Assembly: GCA_964016885.1 (NCBI GenBank)
Contig: OZ024740.1
Location: forward strand, 294,190,001 to 294,254,000
DNA length: 64,000 nt
Origin: Eledone cirrhosa
Taxonomy: Eukaryota
Direction: 5' to 3'
The translations under genes and the position numbers were made by a program. This document shows positions 49,031 to 62,454 of the stretch, one piece after another; position 1 is the stretch's first letter; each line of letters starts with the position of its first letter. Below the pieces are notes generated by a model, which had not been told where the DNA came from, ran no database searches, and was given only the letters and a program-made list of their open reading frames with translations.

Positions 49031-49462
49031 AATAGTAGTATTTGTGGGTTTTTTTTAATAGTTTCTATTTCTTCTCTTCATGCTTTGCTTCTATATTTTT
49101 TGTGTCTTTTCTCATGTGTGTGTTTCTATATTTTGTATATGTGTCTATATGTGTCTTTCTCTGTGTGTGGTTCCCATCAAAATAGATACATGTTCTTACA
49201 TATACTTACTTATATTTATGTGTCAAAACATTCCTCATAGCTAAACCACCAATCAAAACAACATAAATTGACCACCATATGAACATGAAACATTAGATAT
49301 TTATATGCTATATATGTTCATTCTCTCATTGCAACAGCAGAGGTCCGACAAGCTTTTGATTCCAGAGTCAGGCCAGATACAGATACAGATCGAACCTTGA
49401 TCAATAGCGAAACGTTTGTCACCAATCAATAAACGTAATGAAAGCTTAACAAATCATCCTTG

Positions 49463-51302
49463 TATTATTATTATTATTGCATTTATCTTGTTTATGTTCA
49501 TACGAGTTATCACCAAGTCACAACCAGAGACCTCAAGAGACAACAAGGTCTGCCATGTTCAAGAAAGAACATACACACACACACATGCATCTTTAGGTGT
49601 TTAAACTTGTGATGTACTTATATTGACAGAATCTTCCCTAGTATATGGGCAGTTCCCATTAGTACTATCTTTTGTATTTCTTCTATACGTGGGCTTCCTG
49701 GGATTTGGGATAAGTAATCATTAGACCCCTTAGGTATCATTCCTAGAGCGCCTACAACCACTGGTATTGTTTTAGTTCTCAACTTCCACATTTTTCCAAT
49801 TTCTATCTCCAGGTCTTTATACTTGCTCAATTTTTCAAATGTTTTTATAGATACATTCTTGTCTATTGGAACGGACATATCAATTAGCAGGCATACCTTC
49901 TTTTTAAAGTCCTTCGGTATTATATCAGGTCTATTTGTATCTATTTTTCGGTCTGTTTGGATGCTAAAGTTCCACAAGATTGAGATATGATCTTTTTCAA
50001 GTACAGGAGGTGGTTGATGTTCCCACAAATTCTTTTGATGAGGCAGGTCAAAATGCTTACACATTATCCAATGTATGTATTGTGAAGCTCTGTCGTGCCT
50101 GTTTAGGTATTCGGTTGGAGCTATAGGACTGCACATTAAAATTATATGATCAATGGTCTCTGGTTGTTTTTTACATACACGGCATAATGGGCTGCATCCA
50201 CTTTTTATTATGTTGGCTTGATAATTTTTTGTTAGCAGACACTGATCTTGTGCTGATATAAACAGTCCTTCAATCTCCGATTACAGTTCAGAGGATGCCA
50301 ACCACTGATGGGTTAAAGTTTTGTTAACATCAGGATTGTTAGCTCGCTCTGGGTATTTTCCATACAGAGGCTTTTCTTGCCATTTCTTAGCCAGTTTCTG
50401 TGCAGTTCTTTCTTTGCAGTTACTTTTACCTGCTTTGCTTTTTCTGTGTTTTTCATTTCAGCAATAAAGGGAACTTCTGAAATTTGTAGTTCATTACTGT
50501 ATCTTTGTGCATCTTTTGTAATGGAGTATGATCTTTTGATGCTTTCATGTTTCAAAATGAGTTTGATCATCCAATCATATGATTCCCTTAGATATGTAGA
50601 TAATCCAATTGTTGCAGTTTTCAAACCAATATCTAACTGGATTAATCCACGTCCTCCTTCTTTCCTACGGAGATATATTCTATCTGTATCTGCCTTAGGG
50701 TGATGCATTCTGTGCATGGTTAAGAATTTTCTAATTTTTGTATCGAGCCTACGAATCTCTGTGCTTGACCAGTTGGTGACATTGTAACTGTAGGTTACTA
50801 CTGGTATGGCAAGCGTGTTTATGGCATTGATCCTATTCCTTGCATTCAACTCCATTCTTAAGATTGCTCTTACTCTGCAGTAACACTCCTTCCTTATCCT
50901 TTCCCTCATTGTCGAGTGCTTGATTCCATCACCTTCACAAACACCTAGATATTTGTAAGTTTCCTAGTTGATCAAGTTCTCTCATCACATTCCCCTGATC
51001 AAGATTAATGTCTGAACTTCTCAGCAGCTTTCCTAGCATTTATCTAGTCCAAACTCCATTTTAATATTATCACTGAACTGCTTCACAGTGGATAATAGCC
51101 GTTGCAATTGCTTATCATTTTTTGCAAATAGTTTCAGGTCATCCATGTAGAACAAGGGATTAATGGTTTTGAAATAAACTTTATATCCATGTTTTCATTG
51201 AGCATTTAACTTAATGGTATAAGTGCGATGCAGAATAAAAACAGTGATAAAGAGTCACCCTGAAAAATTCCACAATTATTATTAACTTCTCCAGCTTCCA
51301 TG
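49463..51302 (-). mobile_element. R4/Dong-clade non-LTR retrotransposon (RT-CCHC-RLE), 5'-truncated and disrupted
   Basis: GIFQGDSLS..LFYMDDLKLF; YLRRKEGGRGL; CRVCKKQPETIDHIILMC; TDRKIDTNRPDII..LIDMSVP..KYKDL..IPVVVGALG. 3' end abuts (TAA)n. Confidence 0.9.
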
Positions 51303-51326
51303 GATTTTTTTTCATTATTCAAAAGG

Positions 51327-52494
51327 AGTGTTGTTTTCCATCTGCTGTCAACACCTGCTACGTGGAGGGCTGGGCATGCCGTGGCTGATGATGCGCAGAC
51401 ACATGCTCAGGCTACGACATCTCCACCTCTTTCTCGACGGTGATCAGGTGTGGTCGCCGTTTGCTAGACGTGTCTTTCCCCAGCTCGTCTCCTTGACGGA
51501 GCTGCAGTCCTGGGTCAAGCGAAGACCGAGAGGGAGCGCTTGGAGACTGGAATGTCTTCAGGCGCTCACAGCCCTCGACCAATCGGGCAATGTGATCGGT
51601 GGAAACTCCACCTTGGCGTTCTATAGAGGATTAGTGGCAGGGAAGAGCGACGGCGTACTTGGGGAAACTCTAGGCATCAACGAAAATCAACTAGCCAATC
51701 TCTTCGGAAGAACTTTCGGGCCGGAGCCTATGGACAACTTCCAGAAATCCCTGGCCTGGCAGTGCTACCGAGGAGCCTTGCCAGTTCGGGATAAACTCTA
51801 CAGGCATGGTGGTGCCGTCAGCTGGGCATGTCCGAGATGCGCGCAGGGCGACGAAACCATCCTGCACGCACTCGTCCAGTGTCTGAGCATTGCTGACTTG
51901 TGGGTTTATGTCGAACACCTGCTGTCGCATGTAGGACGGATCCAGCTATCAACTGAGTCCATCGTAAGGATTGCCCCGCCCTCTTCTTTTAGCCGGGAAG
52001 GGCAGGCAGTTTTTATCTGTCTGGTGGCCATGGCGAAAGAGATAGTATGGTGGACACGTTGAAAGGGCTGAAGACGAGCACTTACCTCTTCGGTGATGCC
52101 CTGATTAACTTTTTCCAATTTCATTTGAAAAGGAAAATCAGGGTAGAGAGGGAAGTGCTCTCTTCCCAGCATTTTGTTGAAAGATGGGTGAGAGAGGCAA
52201 GAATGGCCCAAGTGAATGGGCCTACTCTGAGTATGTGTCTGTAAATTAAAGGTGGAAAACTGGGAGAGGGCACTTGCCCTGGTGGTAAGGGTCACTGTGG
52301 CTTTTTAATGGGCTTTCTCCACGAATGTCCCTTGGAAGTCTCCCCTGTATTGGGGAATTTTTCATTGTTATTTTTTTTGTTACATCCTCTGTTTTTTGTT
52401 TTTTACACGCAGAAATGCCCATTTGTACCTTCCTGTATTGTCCTGTACTGTCCTTAATGTCTACTTTATGTAAACCTTGTGGTTAATAAAGAAA
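51327..52494 (+). mobile_element. Tx1/L1-clade LINE, 5'-truncated copy
   Basis: GGLGMP..ALPVRDKL..CPRCAQGDETILHALVQC; paralogous to 57170-58079; ends AATAAAGAAA. Confidence 0.9.
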
Positions 52495-52723
52495 GCATGA
52501 TTAATATTATTATTATTATTGGTCTAAGCGGACGTATTTTGCTCGCTCCCAGTAAGTCGCTTTATTTGCCTGTTAAAATTATTTGTTGTTAAATATTTCT
52601 TATTGTGTAAGGGATATAAGCCCTTAGACTTTTCCCTGTGAAGAGGAAAGTATAATATTTGGGCCTTTTGGCCCAAATATTTGAATTTTTTTACATGTTA
52701 AAACATTTACGGAGAAAAAAAAC

Positions 52724-54694
52724 ATGGCTGAGCCACACTCCCAGCGATATGTCTGCTGTCGTGCGACAACGACGTGGAAGTTGAGAGGAGCGCTACAGCG
52801 AAATTAACACAAATTGTTAACACAAACAATGTAAACAAAGACACCAATGATACCCATGAGAACTCTAATTTTGAAAAAAATGACAGTAACAGCGACAACA
52901 TAAATACAGATAACAAAAAAAAAAATAACAAATACAACAACAATATCAACACCACTAACATGAAAACAAATAGCAATAACACCAACAGCAACAATACCAA
53001 CTGCACCGAGAACAACGGTGGCAACAAAGACAACAATGATAACAGCGACAGTGCTAACAACAACACCAACAAGAACAACGACAACGACAACAACACCCCC
53101 AACGAAAACAAGAAGAACACTTTCGCTGCGGCAGCAGCAAAAAAGAGGCCATGCTTCAACATGGACCTCTCAAACAAAGATGAAAAGTTGGCCCAGGCAT
53201 GGAAGCTCATCAAGCAAGAGCAAACCTGGGCCAACTTAACTGTCCCGGTAGAAGCTAATGAGGCAGTGGAGCGCAAAACGGTGCATTATAGATGCATCTC
53301 AGCACAAACCAAAAGGGTAGCTTTAATCCCACAAGAAGATGTCAAAATCGCGCTGAGGTGCATCAGAGAAGACACCCAGTATATAGAGAGGAGCAGACAG
53401 TACGGCACCATTTCGGTGTTGTTCAAGTCAGAAGCCCTCGCGATGAAACACGCTATGACTCCTTGCAAAACCAGCAAGGTCATAATGTACCCCTCCCACA
53501 TGGGAAAAAGAACGGCCCGTCTCCGCATTCCCAGAATCCCACCAGGACTTGACATGTGGTGGTTTCTGGGATTTGTGATTGTGGAGGGGACGGATACCGT
53601 CCCTATAGAAGTGACCAGAACGGCCAGAGAAGACTGGTCCGGGGTTGACCTGGAGATCCTTCTCCAGATCAGGCCTGAGAATGTGAAGACAATCCCAGAC
53701 CACATCCGACTTCAGAATGGGACGGTCATTCACATTATGACCGAAGGCAAAAGGCCGCAGTGTTTTGTTTGTGGGGAAAAAAACCCATTTGTGAGCCTTC
53801 TGCCCTCAACTGCTGAAAGAGGCAAGGGGTCGAAAGGCTCCACTGCTGCCGACGCCGGGGCGAGAACCACAACCAACACCTGCACCGGCAAAACCAACAA
53901 CAACACCAATAGAAAGACCACCAGCAACATTGACCACCCAGGGGGGAAACGAGGAAAGCTGTCAAATTCCCCCTCCTCCCAAAAATACACACACCAATAA
54001 AACCATAAACATACATACAGACACACTTACAGACACAGACCCCTCATCTACCAGTAGTGAAGATGGGGGAAATCCAAAATCCCCCAAAATACAAAAAAGG
54101 AAACACAAAAAGAAAAAGAAAACTCAACAAAGCACAAAATCACCCACAATAAAAAACGCAGACACCACCCACGCAAACATCTCTCCAATAACACCAACAT
54201 CACCACCACCATCACCATCACCAGAATCCCCCAAACGCAAACAACCTAAACAGACGCAAGAACAAATATACACACAAACATCTGAAACCACAGACACCAC
54301 ACTCACAACAAACACAGATACAACCGAAACAACACCACCAAAACCATCACCACCACAGCCACGCAAACAAATAAAATCACACCAACAAAACATACAAAAC
54401 TTTGTGCTCGTCAGGAGGGCCAACAAGGAACTGATGGCCCTCCTAGCACGAAGTGAAAATATACAAAAAGAGGGGGAAATTTTTAAATCGAGCACATTTC
54501 GCGTGCCGGAAGATTTGGTTCTGGTGCGAATGTCACTCGACATATTCAAAGAAATACGAGACAGCTTTCCTCGGGACGTGGGAACCCCGAACGTAAAAGC
54601 CACTTCAAGACTTTTAAAGGGGTTCCCAAAAGAAACCCCACCAACTATGGAGGTCGAACAACCCGACCTTCACAAGAGCCCGGAAGGTAAGTAA
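52724..54694 (+). pseudogene. LINE ORF1 (Asn-rich N-terminus, zinc-knuckle remnant, Thr/Pro-rich tail), frameshifted
   Basis: ORFs 52774-54000 and 53930-54694; TFAAAAA and EGKRPQCFVCGEK motifs; frameshift just after the knuckle. Confidence 0.75.
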
Positions 54695-54727
54695 ACCTTC
54701 CTATCTCTCTCTTTTTAACCTGCCAAC

Positions 54728-57700
54728 ATGGCCGTATTAAGAGTAGGATGTTTAAATGTTCGAGGCCTGGGATCATCCTGGAAGCAGGGTCACCTGTTCA
54801 ACGACCTCAGGTCTCTAGAAATGGATGTAATTGCCGTCAGCGAGACCAGGATTTCTGACACGCGTGCACTAGCCCCCATTTTCGAAGACTATCAGATCTT
54901 TGCATCTGTTAGCCGGCCGGGAATGGGAGGTGGGGTGGCAGTGCTGTTTAGGAAAGGCCTGAATCTCGAGGTAAGGTCGATCTTCCGGGACCCGGATGGA
55001 AAGTTGGTGGTCCTGGACGTGAACAATAATGAAGGTGGTGCCTTTAGACTGGTGGCCGTCTATGCTCCTACTGGGGCAGGACGGCCGGACTTCTTTAGAT
55101 GCCTGGAAGCCTTTCTGGGTACGTCTGGCCCTTTACTGTTAGCGGGGGACTGGAACGGCATCTTAGACGCACGCTGGGACTGTGTGGGAGTATCAGATAG
55201 GAGCGGGGGGTGCAAAAGCCTCAAGAACCTGATCAGCCAGTTCCAACTGTCTGACAGGTACCGACTAGATTTCCCTAATGCGCCAGTGTGGATCTGGGCT
55301 AACTGCATAGGGTCATCTAGATCGTATATAGACAGGATATTCATTAGGAAAATAGACAGAAATAGTGTAAGCTGTCCACGTTTTGAAATGGTCGCCTATT
55401 CAGATCACAAGTTTGTGATCTGTATGGTCGACCTAGATAAGACGCGTAGGTTAGGACATGGTTACTGAAAGCTAAACATGTCATTTCCGGCACGTAAGGC
55501 TTACAGGGACCAGGTCAACAATTTAGTTAAGAAAAAGTTGACAGGGGTAGTCGTCAACAATAGATGGTGGGGGGCTCTCAAAAGAGAGATTAGAGTAATG
55601 TCGATAGAGTTTAGCAAAAAAGTAGCGTTAGAGAAAAATAGAAAGGAGGGGGAGTTGGTAGATAAGTTAGACGAGGCTATTTGTAGTGGTATTGCAACTG
55701 ATGTGCTAGCGGCAAGAATGGCATTAGACCACTTCTTCAATGCGAAACATGAAGGTTGCATTGTCAGAGCTAAGGCGCATGCTCTGAGAAACGAGGGAAC
55801 CAAAGCTGTTCGATGGGCCCATGTGGCAGAGGCGCAGCGTGGTAATAAAACCACGATTCGGTCTTTGACGGACCGAGACGGGCACGAGCTGAGCGATTCC
55901 AAGAGGATGTGTGAGGCCTTTCGCTAACATTTTGCTCGGTTGTTCGGGGGGAAGTGGTGGGTCAGAGATGGTGGCAGACTTCAGTCCCTACCTCGATGGC
56001 TTGCCACAACTTTCGACGGCTGACGCTGGGCGCTGCGAAAGGCCAATTACTTCAGCCGAGATTCAGGATGACCTTATCGGCTGCATGAGGCGCAAGTCAC
56101 CCAGTTTGGATGGTCTGCCCTACGAGCTTTACGTAAATATGCCAAACTTGTTCTCCAATCTCCTCGAAGCCCTCTACTGCAACTGGCAGCAAAATGGCAG
56201 TATTCCCAGTTCTGTGAGCCGGAGCATAGTGACGCTGAAAAGGAAAGACGAGAACAAGAGGGACACATTAGACAATTTCAGGCCCATAACTCTGCTCAAC
56301 ACAGAGTTTAAGATTTTGGCCAGGGTGTTAGCGAATAGGCTGGCGCTTGTCGTCGGGGATTTGGTTTGGGGAGGCGCAAACTTATGCAATCCCAACCAGG
56401 TCCATACACAACAACCTCCACCTAATGCAATACATCATAGAGAGGGTAAAGTGTAAACCTGGCTTCGGTGGGGCTCTGATCAATTTAGATCAATCGAAAG
56501 CATTCGATAGGGTCGACCATCGGTACCTGGAAGCTGTCCTCAAGGCAGCTGGCTTCGGCCCCGTCTTCAGAAGCTGGATCGCTGCAATGCACAGTGGCAC
56601 CTGTTCGATGGTCTAAATTAATGGCCACCTCTCGCGCCTTTACTGCGGAAGCTGGAGCTGTTGCAGGGCATCCCGCTCGAACCGGGACGCGGAAAGGCTG
56701 TGTCGGCTTATGCGGACGCGATCACCGTGATGGTGTCGGACACCTCAGAAATCGAGGTGGTCGGGAACTTATTGGAGGAATATGAAAGGTTGACGGGAGC
56801 AAAACTTAACCCGGAAAAGTCGGTGAGCTTGCAACTCGGCACCTGGAGAGGCAAGTCCATGCCGTCCAACAGCGTCGTTAGGCGCTGGACAGATGGACCA
56901 GTAAAGTTGCTAGGGGTTTGGTTCGGGCCAGACCTCCAGGTGGATAAGAATTGGGACGAGGTGACGGGCAGGGTAGCCAGTCTCACCCAGAAATGCGCTG
57001 GGATGAAGCTATCACTTAAAGGTCGCGCGGAGGTGGCGAACGCGTACATCGTGTCCGTCATCTACTACCATCCGACCGTCGTCCCTTGCCCCCGTTCACG
57101 CCTCGCCATCTTGGAGCAGCTCCTCTTCAAATTCTTGTGGAGGGGTCAGGTTCCGCTGGTGGGTCGGTCCATCTGCTGCCAGCACCCTCTACGTGGAGGG
57201 CTGGGTATGCCATGGCTAATGATGCGCAGGCACGCGCTGAGGCTGCGGCATCTCCAGATATTCTGCCTAAACGGTGAACAGATGTGGTCGCCGTTTGTCA
57301 GACGGGCCTTTCCGCAACTCGTTTCTTTGACTGAGCTGCAGTCCTGGGTCAAGAAGAGACCGAGACTGGGTGACTGGCATCTGGAATGTTGCCAGGCACT
57401 CACTGCCCTCTACCAGGCGGGCAATGCGGTCAGTGGAACTTCCACTCTCGAGTTCTATAGAGGATTAGTGGTGGGCAAGTGCGTCGATGCACTTGGAGAG
57501 GCTCTGGGAGTCAACGAAGTCGAACTAACCAGTCTGTACCGGAGGACTTTCGAGCCAGAGACGATGGATAATTTCCAAAAATCCCTCGCTTGGCAGTGCT
57601 ACCAGGGGGCACTGCCGGTTCGAGATAAACTCTACAGGCACGGAAGTGCTGTCAGACGGACCTGCTCAAGATGCGCGCAGAGCGACGAAACCGTTCTGCA

Positions 57701-58079
57701 CGCACTCGCCCAGTGTCCGTGCATTACTGACTTGTGGAGTTATGTTGAACAGCTGTTGTCAGGTGTAGAACGGATCCGGCTATCGGCCGAGTCCATAGTG
57801 AAGATCGACCCACCGCCTTCTTTTGGCCAGGAAGGGCAGGCAATTTTCCTCTGTCTGGTGGCACTAGCGAAAGAGGTTGTATGGTGGACGAGGTTGAAAG
57901 GACTGAAGACAGACACTTTTCTCTTCGGCCAATCCCTCATCAACTTTTTCAAGTTTCACTTGGAAAGGAAGGTGAGGGTGGAGAGAGAAGTGTTGCCCCC
58001 CAGTACATTTGCTGAAAGGTGGATGAATGTGGCGAGAATGGCCCGTGTGAGTGGGCCTACTCTGGTCATGCGGCTGTAG
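54728..58079 (+). pseudogene. LINE ORF2 (APE endonuclease, RT, CCHC), inactivated
   Basis: LNVRGL, VSETR, VYAP, AGDWN, SYIDR, SDHK; KSPSLDGLP, NFRPITLLN, LDQSKAFDRV, YADA. Stops at ~55466, ~55925 and ~56614, frameshifts, and deletion of the QG motif. Confidence 0.92.
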
Positions 58080-58339
58080 GTAGGTAAATTTGAGGAGGAG
58101 AGGGGTGCCCTTCCAGGGTGCTCTCGAAGCATCGGGTCGTTCAGGACTGGTGGGGTCCCTGAGCGAACCCTAGGTGGTTATCCTATTGGGGAATTTTTTC
58201 TTGTTGTAATTTTATTGTTACTTTATTGTTACTTTGTTATTGTTATTCATATTGTTTATTCGATTTTTCTGTAAAACCCCACTGTCCCAGTCTTTTGTAT
58301 TGTCCCCTATATGTCGGCCCTTGTGGCCAATAAATAAAA

Positions 58340-58372
<33 letters not shown>

Positions 58373-58395
58373 TATTTTATATATATATATATATA

Positions 58396-58586
58396 CGAGG
58401 GCAAACCCAAAAGTAAGGTCTCCTTCCGATATTGCAACTTCCGATATTGCAACTTTTCCATTAAAATCCTGTGGATGGTGCTTCGGGAAACCTCAGGAAC
58501 CAAAATGCAGAGAGCATCCAAAGTGATCCGCCGATCATTACGCATGTTTTCCTCGGAAGGAGACCATACTTTTGAGATTGCCCTCG
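58396..58586. mobile_element. mariner MITE (191 bp, TA-flanked)
   Basis: TA|CGAGGGCAAACCCAAAAGTAAGGTCTCCTTCCG ... CGGAAGGAGACCATACTTTTGAGATTGCCCTCG|TA. Confidence 0.88.
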
Positions 58587-58588
58587 TA

Positions 58589-58804
58589 TATAATAACTGC
58601 GCGAAATTCGCACTTGGCAGTAGCGCTCAACGGGAGCTCCATTCTCAACGGACACCAAGCCAAAATTGAGCATCCCAGCGAAGTGCATACATGCTTGTTT
58701 GGGAGTGAAGGAAGCACCAATCACAACAGTGTTGCCAACAGCCGTACGAACAGTTTCTCTGCATCCCCATCGCTTTGGAGACCTTACTTTTGGGATTACC
58801 CTCG
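58589..58804 (-). mobile_element. mariner 5' end (TIR plus transposase start) of the same TIR family
   Basis: TIR ending GGAGACCTTACTTTTGGGATTACCCTCG|TA; minus strand MELPLSATAKCEFRAVI. Confidence 0.75.
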
Positions 58805-58805
58805 T

Positions 58806-59662
58806 ATCATCATCATCATCATCATTTTATGTCCGCTTTTCCCTGCTTGCAAGGCTGGGACGGGTCTTATTCAGCACAGCATCTCTCCACTTGTCACAGC
58901 CCTTCGTCATCTCCACTGTGAGCTTCAGCGATCTGAGGTCTGTTCTCACCATCTCCACCCATGTTTTTCGTGGTCTACCTCTACCATCACTTCCTTCAAC
59001 TGGCATTTCCTGGCACTTCTTTACCCATCATGCATCGCATGTCCATACCACCTCAGTCTCCTCTCTCGCACACTACATTCTATCCCTCTCAGACACAGTT
59101 TCTCTCTCAACACATTCATGCTGGATTGTTCACGCACATTGACATTGCACATCCAACGGAGCATGCTTGCCTCATTTCTCTCCAGCCGTCGCATATCCTC
59201 TGCAGTTGCTGCCCATGTCTTACTACCACGCAGCATCGCGCTCCTCACACAGGCATCATATAACTGGCCTTTCGTATGCGAAACCCTTCTTCGTCAGCAG
59301 AGGAAGCAGCTCCCTAAACTTCTTCCAACCCGTCCTTATTCTAGATACTATGGCCACGGAACACCCCCCTCCCATGCTAATCTGATCTCCTAGGTACCAG
59401 AAGCTATCCACCACTTCTATAGCACCCGCCTGCATTTGAAAAATGTGTCTATCAATGCGACTTCTACTGTCTAATTTCCCTGTTCATCTACTGCATACGT
59501 ATTTCTCCCTACCTGTTAGTTTGCCTGCTATCCCACTACATCTCTTGTGTACCCAGGATCTGCATTGTGTGCATTTTATAGAAATTATGCCAGTTCCTTT
59601 TCTGCATAATGAACATGGCCATTTCCCTGACGGAATCAGAGTTTTGTCCTCTTTTCTACTCA
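58806..59662 (-). mobile_element. RTE LINE 3' fragment (second subfamily) with PHD-like finger and (GAT)n tail, decayed
   Basis: SGKWPCSLCRKG..CTQCRSWVHKRCSGI..YVCSR; LRGSKTW..RRLRWYGH. Confidence 0.85.
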
Positions 59663-59663
59663 T

Positions 59664-60235
59664 CAACTGTTCTGAGGTCTTGAAAAGATGTTGGGCCTTA
59701 AACAGTGTGAAGTAAAATATGCAAGTAGAAGCATTCACATTGGTTAGGGCGAACCCCATACACATGGCCGAAAGTGCTATCCTTTCTACAGCCAAGCCAA
59801 GTTTCTTCAGTTCCATTGTTTATTGTTCCATGTGTTGTAGGATGGGACTTCTGGGACTTCATTGTAGAATAAAGTCCTGGCAAATGGGTCTTGCTCACAT
59901 AGTTTGAAAAACCTGTCAGAATTGTTGGTCTTGGATGAATGGCCAGTTGGGCTGCCTTTTGAGGTTGAAAGTAAACCTTATGTTTATTTTCCAAATGCAC
60001 TGCCAGCTTCTGAATTGAGGGAAATCTATCAAGAAGGGGGAAAGACATAAATCCTCTAAAATGTCTCATTGGAGGAGATGTACCTGCTCTGTTGGAATTG
60101 AGCAACCTCATCGTAGGTTTTCTCTTGAAGTGCACACATTGCAGCTTCCGATCCTTTGTTTATATACTTGCACACATATTTAATTGATTTGACAGAGTTG
60201 TAGAATTCCACATTTATGTGAGAATTGAAAAAGCA
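59664..60235 (-). pseudogene. Helitron Rep/Hel fragment
   Basis: HINVEFYNSVKSIKYVCKYINKG..RFPSIQKLAVHLEN..FFKLC..FYLHILLHTVKGPTSFQDLRTV, with frameshifts. Confidence 0.85.
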
Positions 60236-60359
60236 TAAAAGACAGAGTCAGACAGATAGAGAGAGAAAAGTGTAAAAAACAGACAGAGACAGATAGAGAG
60301 GGGTAACATACACACATATACAAGCATACACAGATACACAAATACACACATATGCTCAC

Positions 60360-60917
60360 ATCATCATCATCATCACCATTTTACGTCCATTCTTCCATGT
60401 TAGCATGGGTTAGATGGGTTGTTCTGTTGTGGGCAATGCCAGGTCAGGTGACCATGTCTTGATCATACCTGATTTTGGTTTGGTTTCTGCAGCTGGATGC
60501 CCTTCCTAATACCAACCTCATTCTCAGTGAGTACAGGGTGGTTTTTACCGTGGCGCCTACATGACCACTTTACAGTGTGGACTGGGTACTTTTTTGTCAT
60601 GACACCTACACGAGCACTTAACTGTGTGTGTGTTGGGGGGGGGGGGGGGGGCACTGTCTATAAGCTTCAGCTTCGGCTTCTACCCATGGGAAGTCGGGTT
60701 TTCTGTATTACTGCATAACGCCAGAGGTCTCGGTCCTGTGTCATCGCCTTTGAGAGGTGCAATTGGGCAAAATCAGCTTTTATCACCTCATCCCAGGTCT
60801 TCTTGGGTCTCCCCACTCCAAGGCTTCCATCGACTTTTAGTGCTTTGCACCTTTTAATGCAGCTGTCATCCTTCATACACTTCATACATTTGATTCCTCT
60901 TATGCTTAGTCTCTCAT
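60360..60917 (-). mobile_element. RTE LINE 3' end (ORF tail, UTR, (GAT)n)
   Basis: MKDDSCIKRCKALKVDGS.GVGRPKKTWDEVI..DRDLWRYAVIQKTRL, related to 36740-36928. Confidence 0.85.
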
Positions 60918-61690
60918 TTATAGTATAGAAGATATAGAAAGAGAGTGGGACAGTGGGGTAAAGATATATACAGAGGGGAAAAGCATAAAATACAGAGAGA
61001 GACTGATAGAAAAGTGTAAAAGACATAGATAGACAGATATATAGAAATAAGCATACTGACAGTTGTTGATTCTAATGATATTCAATATTGGCAATCTTAA
61101 AGTCGACTTGTATCTCATAGTAATTACATAACTAACAACCTCAAAACATTCTCCTTGGGAAGCAGAATTCGTAAATGAAAACCGTTTTTCTCTAGGATGC
61201 CCCATTTTGGAGCCTTTGGAAAACATACACAGATACACAGAGACACACATACACTCTCATATATAGTATATATATATATATATATACGTGTGTGTGTGTG
61301 CATGTGTGGTAATATTGTGGTTTTCAAATATAACTGACTAACTAAAGTCCTTTTCCTGGTTAATATGCACACTAATATTCTTATGTAATTTTTAATCATA
61401 TCTCTGGTAAAGTACGGATGTACAAAGGTACTACATTTTGATATACTGTTTTGAACACCACTTTTGTTTTGCTGTTGCTTTTGAATGTGCTTGTAATTTG
61501 CATTGTATTAATGAATATGGTATGGAGGTATCTCTTGTATGTAATACTCTTGAAGCTTCTAACAATATCTAAATTCCTGAAGATATGTAGAGCAAGGGAC
61601 AAATACCTCATATGTATCATTGTATGGCCTGCCACTCTACATTGAAACATATGTAGAATTAAAATTGTTTTAAATATAACTTGGTTATTT

Positions 61691-61744
<54 letters not shown>

Positions 61745-61746
<2 letters not shown>

Positions 61747-62074
61747 GTGTACCCCTGACATTTGCGGCTCCAGTTATTCATGGAATTTTCCTTAGAACAT
61801 AACTAATAATTGTTCTTGGAAACCACCACATATTTGTTGAATCATCAATATCTTCAGGGATTTATTTTATGGATTTTTTCGTAGCAATATATATTTTTTT
61901 CATGCGTTTTAACGCTAAATTATTAAAAACAATATATTGTATTTGCCGGCCTGTATGTTACCTTACGTTTTTACGTTTATAGGCATTTTTATGGACCACA
62001 TCCAATATTCATCGTTTTTCACTCTCTGCAGATTTTTTTGGAATGTAATCGCTGCGAATACTGGGGGACAACTG
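61745..62074. mobile_element. Tigger/pogo-type MITE (degenerate)
   Basis: CAGTGTACCCCTGACATTTGCGG ... CTGCGAATACTGGGGGACAACTG|TA. Confidence 0.6.
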
Positions 62075-62454
62075 TATATAAGGTTTCCTGCTAGTAGACA
62101 AAAACTTCTGTGACATTCATTCAATCAGTGGAAGCTGACTATACTCAGAAACAAAGATTAAATGTGGTTCATGTCATATTATGTTTAGAAATAGCTGAGA
62201 GTTTGTATATTTATACCTTTTGTCTTGATTACTGTTTAGACAGAGAGAAAAATGTGGGTGGAGGCCTTTTCTGGCATACAACTTATGCCAGGGGGGGTAG
62301 ATTCGGCAAGTTAGCACATCCTATGACAGTTACTACTGTATACCACTGAATGCATATGCCTATGTTGTGTGTGTGTGTTAGTAATAGAAATAGAGGATGA
62401 GATAGCTAGGCAGACAGGCAGTTAGATAGATAGACAGATAGCTAGATAGATAGA

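Larger units (their letters stand above)
52521..58340 (+). mobile_element. Full-length Tx1/L1-clade LINE flanked by (ATT)n tracts
   Basis: 5' UTR, ORF1, ORF2 (APE-RT-CCHC) and 3' UTR ending AATAAATAAAAT; (ATT)n on both sides. Confidence 0.92.

Noticed and set aside
52707-57952. Antisense ORFs over the Tx1 element
   Set aside because: Shadow frames of ORF1/ORF2 with no independent motifs.
59484-59816. Novel Helitron-PHD fusion protein
   Set aside because: The ORF crosses the junction between an out-of-frame Helitron remnant and a truncated RTE fragment, so this is a chance read-through.
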